From Macrostomum lignano (Eukaryota): 64,000 nucleotides of DNA. Positions 23,701 through 34,541 of this stretch are shown in pieces (the first letter of the stretch is position 1; every line of letters begins with the position of its first letter). A program made the position numbers and the translations under genes. The notes below the pieces were generated by a model. That model was given only the letters and a program-made list of their open reading frames with translations. It searched no databases and had not been told where the DNA came from. Location of the stretch: contig NIVC01001974.1 of assembly GCA_002269645.1 (NCBI GenBank), positions 62,001-126,000 of the forward strand, in the 5' to 3' direction.

Positions 23701-24698
23701 CAAAGGCCTCAAATCTTAGTTTAACATGCATTACTCCCATCTTTGCCTTTTTCCTAACTGTTAACAAGTTTTTGTTTGAGCATGACTTTAAATTTAGAAT
23801 CTATGCAAAAATAGTTCCGGGAATTAGAATTCAGTGGTTTAAAAATCTGTGGGTTTTCACAGCTTGTATCTCTACTGGATTCGTATTCTGCATCTGATGA
23901 GCCATCTGAATCAGGGCTCTCATCTTCCATGCCAAATCGTCTAGCAAATCGTTCTTGAGCTATAGGTCACACTGTATTCACTTCACTTACTTCTGGACAT
24001 TCATGAATCATGACTTTTGTAGTATGCTCACTACACTGTACTGACAATTTACTAATTGCTTCATGCCGCCACTAGATGACACTGATTAGCTGTTATAAAA
24101 ACGCGGAATCTGCACGCAGCACTAATTAGCTGGCGAGGCATTTAGCTTTAAAAAGATGGTCATAGTTACTCCTGCCGTTTACCTAAAGTTTTTGCTTGGC
24201 TCTTTCATAGGTAAGTCGCATTTTTTATCGAAAACTAAGTCGCACGGCCAGCGTAATTTCAGAAGTTGCGCATGTATGTAATTTTTGGTAGTCTATTCTT
24301 TTGATCAAAATTTAGCTATTTCAGTTTTGCATATGGAACCAATGCCAAACTTGGACTGTTGTCAGTTTGTTTACCTAAGGTCAGTGCTAGGGTAAACAGT
24401 TTGTCTATTATTGTATCTAATGAAAACAATATCTAGCAATAAAGTGGTTAAAACATAAATTAGTGCAAAGAGCAATATTTGCTGCAAATAAAGCACTTTT
24501 ATTTTTTACCATTTAGTGCTACTTTTGTTAGGGATAAATGTGGATTCATCTTAAATAAGTTTTAAATCTTGTAAAAATTTTGCATGAAGTATAAAGTTAA
24601 TGTAGTTTCTTAAGGCATTTCTTAGAGCACTACACAATGCAATGAATTGAAATGCATAGCATTGCTGAAGGTTATATTGTAGTGTTCTGCCATAAGGG

Positions 24699-26031
24699 CA
24701 GTGTTCCCACTCAGCAACCTTCATTTTTTCGTGCCATGGATATTTTTTGCGCCATCATCACTCTTTACCTCTAAGGCTCTAATGCAGTGTGATGCCCATT
24801 GAGATATTTAAAAAAACTAATATCTCAACTAATACCTAACATCTAGGGACCTTAATCATAAATCATCCAATTTTAGACAAGATAAAACACTACAATTTGG
24901 CAAAAATGGGTTGAAAAATGGCAACAACAACATGGGCATCAGACTATTAATTTCTCTAAATCAATACTGCAATTATAATTACAATTAACAGTAAAGTATA
25001 ATTTGTATAGTAAAACATAGAAAAATGGAAAAAAAGGAAGGAAGCAAAAAAGTGCCATAACTGGCACTATTTCCTGCAATCTCAACAGACAGCTGCTACA
25101 GTAGATCAAGAAAAAAGGCCAGTATTATTATTAAGGCATGCAATGCCTTAATAAAAGTATTCATTTCTCACTTCTGACAGAATTTGGAATATCATATGTC
25201 AATATATTCAATCATAAATTACAAATGGGGGCACCTCAATATCTAAACTTAAAACTTGAAAACACCTAACAGGCTCTTACAATTACAAGGCTGCCATCCT
25301 GTGCCATAATTTAGTCAAATTGGATTGTAAAGTGTAGATTTTTTAATTATGCTCCTGGTCTTGGCACATAATGTCACAATATAATTATATTATGCTCCTA
25401 GCCTCATAAATATCTAAGAATTATTACTACATGCTAATAGGCAATTTATGATTAAGGATACGAAAGTTTACTATAAACTAGAAAATGACAAAAATAAAAC
25501 AAATGGATCTCATATTGCTGTCTCTACTATAGACAAAACTTCTTGCTCTGCACACTTTTAAAGTTTCAGGCAACCTCTTGCCTATCAAGGAAGAAAACAG
25601 AATGTCACTAGCAGCACACTTAAGTACAGACTCTGTCACACAATGAATTTCTTCTTCTTTCTTCTTTAGAAGCTTTGCATGCTCCTGTTGTAAATCTTCT
25701 AGCTCCATGTCCATTGACTGCGTATTTTTTGCACTTCCTCTTGCAACCTTTGGCACTTCTCCCTTTCAGCAATCTTGTACTCAATTTCACTAGCCTTTAC
25801 CTGTAGCGCCTCTTCAGCATTGCAAAATGTCTTGCTGGCCCTCTTTTCTGGTCTGTTTTGTTACAAACAATGCCAAATGTTAAAAGCTTACAAAAATGTG
25901 GAAAAGGGTTATAAATTATGCACAAACTTTCTACATTTTTAGATTCACATCAAACCCTACTAATCATGCATTAGCACAATATTGCCTCATTTTTTAGCAT
26001 GGCACAAATTTGTGCCAGAGTGGGAACACTA
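24699..26031. mobile_element. Non-autonomous hAT element (1333 bp) with a decayed coiled-coil coding remnant
   Basis: TIR CAGTGTTCCCACTC / GAGTGGGAACACTA (13/14); 8-bp TSD CATAAGGG / TATAAGGG (7/8); subterminal GTGCCA motifs; frameshifted coding-like stretch 25478-25860 (-). Confidence 0.8.
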
Positions 26032-26879
26032 TATAAGGGGGATCCATATGTCAAGGCATAAACAGAACTATGGTTTCTTCCAATTTTCCATATTTTGTAG
26101 TTGTAACCCCAATATTACTATATTCCCATAGTCTTTATAGCCATAGTTCTAACAAAAAGTTAAAGAAATAAAGTTTGAATCAGGAGGATAACTTAGTACT
26201 TAAAAAATTACAAATAAATGTAGAAACTCAAACTAACACTTGAATGCCTTTTGTAAGGTTACATTTCAATCTATTCCTATATTCCTATATACTAAAAATG
26301 AGTTGTCTGTGGGTATGCGATAGATTTCAGAAATCAGAAAAAACGGCTCAACTGATTTTCTTCAAATTTGCACTATTCGATCAGAAATTTTCCTGGGACG
26401 GTACATGCATCTTGGCTAAGAAATTGCTCAATATTAAAGGGATTAAATATTCGAAAAACATGCTTTTTTTGCAAAGGTCAAGCAAAATTTTCGACTTGAA
26501 ATGCATTGTAAGAATGCTAGATAAAAACCTGACTGACTGAATTTCAATTCTGATAAAGGTTGCATCACAACAAGTTGAAAACAGTGCCGAAGAAATGCAC
26601 ACACAACTTGATTTAAATTGCGTAACAATATTGCTAACTTAAATTGACACTGATACTGGCTGACTGAGAAATTGATTATGTCATAACTTTTTACACTAAC
26701 CGACTTGCTGTAAGTATTGAATTATAAGGGCCACAATCCTTGTTCTCCAATTGATAAGAGATAGTCTAGATGCAAACAGACTGGACTGCTAATGTAGCGA
26801 CCTAGGTTCAAATCTTAGTAGTGCAAAAAGATTTTTTTATTAAAACACCTAAAAAACACAAAATGCTAAACACAAAAAA

Positions 26880-29300
26880 GCACAATGTCAAACATTAAAG
26901 AGCCACCATGTCGAACATATATGTGACTCCATGTCGAACATTAAAGAGCCACCATGTCGAACATATATGTGACTCAATGTTGAACATTAAAAAAGCCACC
27001 ATGTAGAATATTAAAGAGCCACTATGTCGAACATTAAAAAGCCACCATGTCCAACATTAAAGAGCCACCTTGTCAAATATTAGAGAGCCACCATTTCAAA
27101 CCTAAAAGAGCCACCATGTAGAACATAAAAGAGTCACCATGTCAAACATTAAAGAGCCACAATGTCAAACATTAAAGAGCCACCATGTCAAACATAAAAA
27201 GCCACCATGTCAAACATAAAAGAGCCACCATGTCAAACATTAAAGAGCCACCATGTCGAACATTAAAGAGCCAGCATGTAGAACATAAAGGAGTCACCAT
27301 GTCAAACATTAAAGAGCCACAATGTCAAACATTAAAGAGCCACCATGTCAAACATAAAAAGCCACCATGTCAAACATAAAAGAGCCACCATGAAGAACAT
27401 TAAAGAGCCACCATGTCGAACATTAAAGAGCCAGCATGTAGAACATAAAGGAGTCACCATGTCAAACATTAAAGAGCCACAATGTCAAACATTAAAGAGC
27501 CACCATGTCAAACATAAAAAGCCACCATGTCAAACATAAAAGAGCCACCATGAAGAACATTAAAGAGCCACCATGTCGAACATTAAAGAGCCAGCATGTA
27601 GAACATAAAGGAGTCACCATGTCAAACATTAAAGAGCCACAATGTCAAACATTAAAGAGCCACCATGTCAAACATAAAAAGCCACCATGTCAAACATAAA
27701 AGAGCCACCATGAAGAACATTAGAGAGCCACCATGTTGTACATTAAAGAGCCACCATGTCGAACATTAAAAAGCCACCATGTCAAACATTAAAGAGCCAC
27801 CATTTCAAACCTAAAAGAGCCACCATGTCGAACATTAAAAAACCACCATGTCAAGCATAAAAGAGCCACCATGTTGAACATAAAAGAGCCACCATGTCGA
27901 AAATTAGAGCCACCATTTCAAACATTAAAGAGGCACAATGTCGAACATTAAAGAGCCACCATGTCGAACATATATGGGACTCCATGTCAAACAGTAAAGA
28001 GCCACCATGTCCAACATAAAAGAACCACCATGTCGAACATAAAAAAGGCACAATGTCAAACATAAAAGAGCCACCATGTCAAACATTAAAGAGCCACCAT
28101 GTCAAACATTAAAGAGCCACCATGTCAAACATAAAAGAGCCACCATGTCGAACATTAAAGCAACACCATGCCAGACATAGAAAACCCGAATCAAACATAA
28201 AAGAGCTACCATGTAGAACATAAAAGAGCCACGATGTCAACATAAAAGAGCCACCATGTCCAACATAAAAGAGCCACAATGTCAAACATTAAAGAGCCAC
28301 AATGTCAAACATTAAAGAGGCACCATGTAGAACATAAAAGAGCCACCATGTCAAACATTAAATAGCCACCATGTCAAACATTAAAGAGCCACCATGTCGA
28401 ACATTAAAGAGTCACTATGTCAAACACTAAAGAGCCACCCTGTCAAACTTAAAAGAGCCACCATGTAGAACATAAAAGCCACCATGTCAAACATAAAAGA
28501 GCCACCCTGTTGAACATAAAAGAGCCACCATGCTAAACGTAAAAGAGCCAGCATGTAGAACATAAAGGAGTCACCATGTCAAACATTAAAGAGCCACCAT
28601 GTCAAACATAAAAGATACACAATTTCAAACGTAAAAGTAAGCGTCATGCCAATTTTAAAGGAGCCACTATAGAGCTAAGGAAATTGTTGCACTAGCTACT
28701 TATTGTCTAGTGGATGCTTACTATTTGGGGATGCTTGCTATCTGGGGGATGCTTGCTATTTGGGAGTGGGGATGCTTGCTATCTGGGGGATGCTTGCTAT
28801 CTGGGGGATGCTTGCTATCTGGGGAAATATTAAAGAGCCACCATGTCAAACATAAAAGAGCCACCATGCCAAACATAAAAGAGCCACCATGTCGAACATT
28901 AAAGAGCCAGCATGCCAAACATAGAAGAGCCACCATGTCGAACATAAAAGAGCCACCATGCCAAACATAAAAGAGCCACCATGTCGAACATTAAAGAGCC
29001 ACCATGCCAAACATAAAAGAGCCTGCCAAAAGACCATGCCAAACATAAAACATAGAAAAGCCACCATGTCGAACATAAAAGAGCCACCATGCCAAACATA
29101 AAAGAGCCACCATGTCATACATAAAAGAGCCACCATGCCAGACATAAAAGAGCCACCATGTCAAACATTAAAGAGCCACCATGCCAAACATAAAAGAGCT
29201 ACCCTGTCGAACATAAAAGAGCCACCATGCCAAACGTAAAAGAGCCACTATGTAGAACATAAAATGGCCACAATGTCAAACATAAAAGATACACAATTTC
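26880..29300 (+). repeat. 23-bp minisatellite (AAAGAGCCACCATGTCAAACATT) with a 160-bp higher-order repeat
   Basis: Monomer period 23 (e.g. 28081, 28104, 28127); near-identical ORFs at 27185, 27345 and 27505 show the 160-bp period. Interrupted at about 28600-28825. Confidence 0.95.
28700..28825 (+). repeat. 18-bp minisatellite GGGGGATGCTTGCTATCT (first block)
   Basis: Tandem units; recurs at 29385-29530. Confidence 0.9.
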
Positions 29301-29384
29301 AAACGTATAAGTAAGCGTCATGCCAATTTTAAAGGAGCCACTATAGAGCTAAGGAAATTGTTGCATTAGCTACTTATTGTCTGG

Positions 29385-29530
29385 TGGATGCTTACTATTT
29401 GGGGATGCTTGCTATCTGGGGGATGCTTGCTATCTGGGGGATGCTTGCTATCTGGGGGATGCTTGCAATCTGGGGGATGCTTGCTATCTGGAGGATGCTT
29501 GCCATCTGGGGGATGCTTGCTATTTTGGGA
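29385..29530 (+). repeat. 18-bp minisatellite (second block)
   Basis: Same unit as 28700-28825, preceded by the same ~110-bp unique spacer. Confidence 0.9.
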
Positions 29531-29929
29531 TGATTTCTTTTTGCATTGCACTTTATTTGAGTAGTTTGTCTGTTGTCTTTGTGAAGGCTTTATTTGGCTG
29601 TCTTTTTGTTACTTGTAGATAACAGAGATTCTATCCAGATGTCCTTCTACGGGGGACGAAGATTGCTAGTCTATTACTAAAAGTACCCCTACTGAATTTT
29701 TTAATGTTAATAATTAAGAATTTGCTATTTTATTCTTCTATATTGGGTATAATTTTCAAGTTTCTGAATCCATAATTCAGTTTATACTAAGTATCTTTGT
29801 TTTATTCTACCTTTAATATTTATTTTTTTTAATTTATAACTACAACTATAGGAATCTATAGAATGTGAATGCATTTATTATATTTTTGTAGTCTTAGCCA
29901 TAAGAACAGCTATCTACAATAGGCATATC

Positions 29930-30399
29930 CATACATGCGCAACCTAGGGATTCACCCGGCCGTTTCTATTGGCAACACACACATGTAAATCGCTATTGGC
30001 TGAGAGCAGTCATGTGACTACTATTCTGACCAATAGCGACTTACATGTGTGTGTTCATACATGCGCAACCTCCGAAATTCGGTCGGCCATGCGACTTAGT
30101 TTTAACAAAAATGCGACATAGTTTTTGACCAAAAATGTGACTTACATATAAAAAAACCTAAAGCAAAATTAACGCAACTTTGGGTAAACGGCAGGAGTAA
30201 CTATGACTGTCTTATTAAGCCAAAATTCCTTGTCAGCTACTTAGTACTACTACTTTTTTTGGTGGGCATTTTTTGCGACTTCCTTGGTTGGCCGCCAAAT
30301 CAGTTGGCCGGATCGGCCGACTCGGCCGACTATTGCGCATGTATGTGTGTGTTGCCAATAGAAACGGCCGGGTGAATCCCTAGGTTGCGCCCAAGCATG
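29930..30399. mobile_element. Palindromic hAT MITE (CATACATGCGCAAC family), host of a nested insertion
   Basis: The left arm CATACATGCGCAACCTAGGGATTCACCCGGCCGTTTCTATTGGCAACACACACATGTAAATCGCTATTGG is mirrored on the right once the insert is removed; TSD GGCATATC / AGCATATC (7/8). Confidence 0.85.
30056..30345. mobile_element. 290-bp hAT MITE (CATACATGCGCAAC family) nested in 29930-30399
   Basis: TIR CATACATGCGCAA / TTGCGCATGTATG; perfect TSD TGTGTGTT (30048-30055, 30346-30353). Confidence 0.93.
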
Positions 30400-31815
30400 A
30401 GCATATCTATAGCTATCATAAACACCTATTTTACCATATTTGCCATAGGATCCTATAGCCATAGCTATAGCTATGGTGGAACACTATTGTATTGTCTTAT
30501 TATATTACAAAAGGTTATATTTCAAAATTAAGTAAATGCAAGCTAAATGAAATAAAAAGTTAGAAATAATAAAAGCTAAATACATTTCATCTTTTTAAGT
30601 TATATTATGCAGCCAATGATACATAGGCCTAAACAAACTATAAATGTATAACAAATGATTTCCCTTTATTTTAAATATTGGCAACTAAAATAGACAAATT
30701 AATTAACTAATCATGTAATTATAGTATATAATATGATATATCATGCTAAAAAATAATTTATTATCAATCAATCAATCAACTATCAATCTATTATTGAACA
30801 ATAGTAAAAAATGGCATTTTTCATAGAAAATTCTGGCGCAAAAGGGGTTAGAAATGTGTTGCACTGGCACATTCCAGTGCAGAAACAAGCAAGGGAGAAA
30901 AATGTAGCATAGTATAGGCCTAAAATTTGCTAGAATTTGGTGCAAGAAAAAACTTTCAACAAGACAATATTTTCTACTGATAGAAAATTAGCATCTATAA
31001 TTTCTTGTTATTAGCACTTTTTGTTTGCTAGTATATTGATGGCTTTTTATTTAATTTATGTGAATATTGCATTTTTTATGAAACAAATTCCAATACAAGC
31101 TTTTTCAGTATTTTTGAAATAGAAAATTATTGGGCATAGTTCTAGTTTACTTCGTTATATTATTCTGCCTTTTGTTAAATTATTTTACCCCATTTTTCTG
31201 CTTCGCAATTATAAGCCACTTCATGGTGGTGAAGTCATCCCGACTGGCTTCCACCATTTTGCGAATTCTGAAGTTTCTTTTAGTATAGTTTAAAAGCTTG
31301 GTGCAGCTAGGCGACAGGCCATAATGGCTGAAAGTGTTGTGGTAAGAGTACAGATGCAAGAAAATACATGAAATTAATATAACGAAGTAAAGTATAATTA
31401 TGAAATAATATAACAAAGTAAACTAGAACTATGCCAATTATTGATTTTTGCTTTTTAAAAAAGTTGCAGTAGCCACACAATGCAAAAAAATTTTTATATA
31501 GGAATAGTTTTGGTGCATGGCACAAGCAAACTTTTTTGATAAGAATTGTTTTAGCATATAATATATGAATATGGTACAATCAAACTTTTTTGATAGGATT
31601 CATTCTAGCACAGGCATACTATGATCTTGACTATGGCCACTGAATAGTCATTTTGATTTTGTCTATTATAGTAATATAAAAGGGGCACATGATATATAAC
31701 TCTCTAAGCTACCTGACAACTGTACTAGGCCCTATGCACAAACTATAATAGCTCAAAAATTAACCAATTGCTTGAATTATTAAAAGTTGACAAGCTTATG
31801 CAGTACAGATACCAA

Positions 31816-32111
31816 TATACATGCGCAACAGTCGGCCGAGTCGGCCAATCCAGCCGACTGATTTGGCAGCCAACCAAGGAAGTCGCAAAAATGCCATCCC
31901 AAAAAAAACCAAGTACTAAGTAGCTGACAAGGCATTTTGGCTTAATAAGGCAGTCATAGGCCTAGTTACTCCTGCCGTTTACCCAAAGTTGCGTTAATTT
32001 TGCTTTAGGGTTTTTTTACATGTAAGTCGCATTTTTGGCCAAAAACTACGTCGCATTTTTGTTAAAACTAAATCGCATGGCCGACCGAATTTCGGAGGTT
32101 GCGCATGAATG
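31816..32111. mobile_element. hAT MITE (same family, opposite orientation to 30056-30345)
   Basis: Ends TATACATGCGCAAC / GTTGCGCATGAATG; TSD GATACCAA / AATACCAA (7/8); interior is the reverse complement of the 30056 copy. Confidence 0.9.
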
Positions 32112-33179
32112 AATACCAACTAAACTGTACAGTGAGTGTACCAATTTATATAATTCTAGGCCTAGGCTACACAATGTCTGTTTTTAAGTAGATTAGAGTC
32201 TAGACCTATAATCATTGACAAAAAAGTTAAATTCAAAGTGAAGTCTTGAATAAATGTTAGTCCTAGGCCTAAAGCTTAGATGAACTATGCTATGGATATA
32301 GCATATTATGGATATGGATATGGACTATGGTTATGATAACAGTGCCACTGCGGCACTGCCACATTATTGGATAAGTTGTTTTATGACAAAGTCTTATTGT
32401 CTAACTAACTAGGTACAAATTGCATAGTCATAAGATAGTAAGAAAAAAATTAATTTAACTAAAACAACGGGAAAATCTTAACTTCTGGCAGCGCACTAAC
32501 TTGCTTGCAACCGTTAGAAGCAGCAACATGTGAATGCCTGCTGATCATGCGCCATGTGCGAGCCGTAAGTTGCGAAGAGTGAATTTTAAAACTGTTCAAA
32601 GTCACTATTGTTTGTGCATTTAAAATCGAAGCAGTTAAACACCCATGCCTAGTAGATACCAAAGGTAGCCATAATTCTTGCAGTGCAAGCATAAAATAAT
32701 ATTTTTTGTTTCTATTGCTAAATAATAAGCATCAGTAGACTCAAATAAAGCACATACTTAACGTTTTTGCAGCATCAGTAGGTGGTTTTCACAATGGGCA
32801 ACGAAATGCAGCGGCAAAAAATCCCATGTGCTAAACTGAGTATCAGCAGTCACAATTCTTAATTGTTCGCATGCTTCGAGTCTTTTTTGTTTTCCTACAT
32901 GTACACTATAATATCAATAACTAGAATTTAATCTAATCGTTGCCTAAGGCTAGCTTGCACACACGTCTTTCATAACTCACCGTTTGCTTTCGTTGATAGT
33001 TAAAAGGGTATGACTTTCCCCTTAAGTCTTCGGTCGTTAGTTGATGCTTTTTAATAGCGGTCAGTAGAGGTCAGTTTTATATATCCTCATGGACTTTTTT
33101 TGTTACATATGTAGATGACAATTAACTATAAAAATGAAAACTCTGTCTATAGCCAAGATCCATTGCAAATCTTCTTACC

Positions 33180-33790
33180 TAAAAGGAGATGGAACAGAAG
33201 ATTAGGAAGAGCAAACAGGGGAGAGTCCAGAGACAAGAAAAAAGAAAATAAAGAAAATAAAAGTCCAGGGAGAGGCGAGAAAAGATATACATGTAAGAGA
33301 AGAGAAGAGGAGAGGAGAGGAGAGGAGAGGAGAGGAGAGGAGAGGAGAGGAGAGGAGAGGAGAGGAGAGGAGAGGAGAAGAGAGGAGAATAGAGGAGAAG
33401 AGAGGAGAGAGTGTAAAGAGGAGATAGAGAAGAGAAGAGAGAGAAGACAAGAGAGAGTAGAGAGAAGAGAGGAGCGATAAGAGATAAGAGAGAGGGGGAA
33501 AGAAGAGAGAATAAAGAGGAGAGAGAAGAGAGGAGAGATGAGAGATGAGAGAGAGGGGGGAGAGAAGAGAGAATAAAGAGGAGAAAGAAGAGATGAGAGA
33601 AGAGGGATGAATGAAGAGAGGAGAGAGAAGACAAGAGAGAGAAAAGAGAGGAGAAAGCTAGGAGAGAAAAAATATTTGATAGATAAGATCAGAAAAGAAA
33701 GGAGAGAGGAAAGAGGGGAAGAGAAGGGAAGGGAAGGGAAGAGAGGGAAAGAAGTTTTAAAGGGCACGAGGGAAGTAGAGGCAGAGGCCA
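33180..33790 (+). repeat. GA-rich tract including (GAGAG)n
   Basis: Pure (AGAGG)n at about 33310-33375 within a purine-rich tract. Confidence 0.9.
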
Positions 33791-34541
33791 GAATTTGCCA
33801 AGGCAAGGTTTAGACAGACGTTATTCTGCGCGGCACCCCCAGCCGCGCTTTTGTTTTGTTTTTTAGTATAACTTCAGGTTTGGGATTGCGATTGGAAACT
33901 AACATGAGTGCTGTATTACATGTATAGGGATGAAGCAGCGCTTATTAATTTTCTACCAATCTCTTGCAAATCGGTGACATGCAGTCCTAAAGATGGGCTT
34001 TCACCAATTGCTGCATTTGGTTGAAATTGTAACTTTGTTCTTGACCTCAAGGCCAAGGTTTACCTAAACCTGTCGCAAAGACTTTCGACATGACTGGCTA
34101 TATCAGAGAGAGCCAATTTGTGTCCATGAATGATGTAGGAATGACTTTTAAATTTAAAAATGCATGCAACAATATAGTTCCGAGGATTCGAATTTAGCGG
34201 GTTTAAAATATCGGGTTTCAACAGTTTGAATTCGATCTTATATGTATTTAATTATTAGTGATGTTAGTCATTGATTGTTCTCGAGTCAAAGCTAGTTCAT
34301 GGGCGTAATATCCATTCTTTCCTTAAAAAATGAATGAAAAAGCAAGCATTTTAAATCGGCAAAAGAAAGGAATTTACAAATCCATCGGATCTATTTTATT
34401 AACAAAATAATTGGATTCATACACTTGAACGAAAACCTGACTCCAGGGTTTTGAAATCTCACCCAAAAGCGTAAAAAAAGTATTTTTTTCGCGAAAAAAT
34501 GAGCAAAGGAGATCGAGAGGAGTTAAAGTTAAAAAACTTTC

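Larger units (their letters stand above)
21855..24278. mobile_element. Non-autonomous hAT element, CATACATGCGCAAC family, expanded by internal repeats
   Basis: 14-bp TIR CATACATGCGCAAC / GTTGCGCATGTATG; perfect 8-bp TSD TAATTTTT; ends homologous to the ~290-bp MITEs at 30056 and 31816. Confidence 0.92.

Noticed and set aside
23893-23930. CTGATGAG followed by a stem, like a hammerhead ribozyme core
   Set aside because: No GAAA after stem II and no stems I/III or cleavage triplet.
26760-26830. tRNA/SINE-like remnant (GGTTCAAATC)
   Set aside because: Too degenerate; only a B-box-like motif is recognisable.
31180-31416. Short minus-strand ORF in AT-rich DNA
   Set aside because: No motif, splice support or element boundaries identified.
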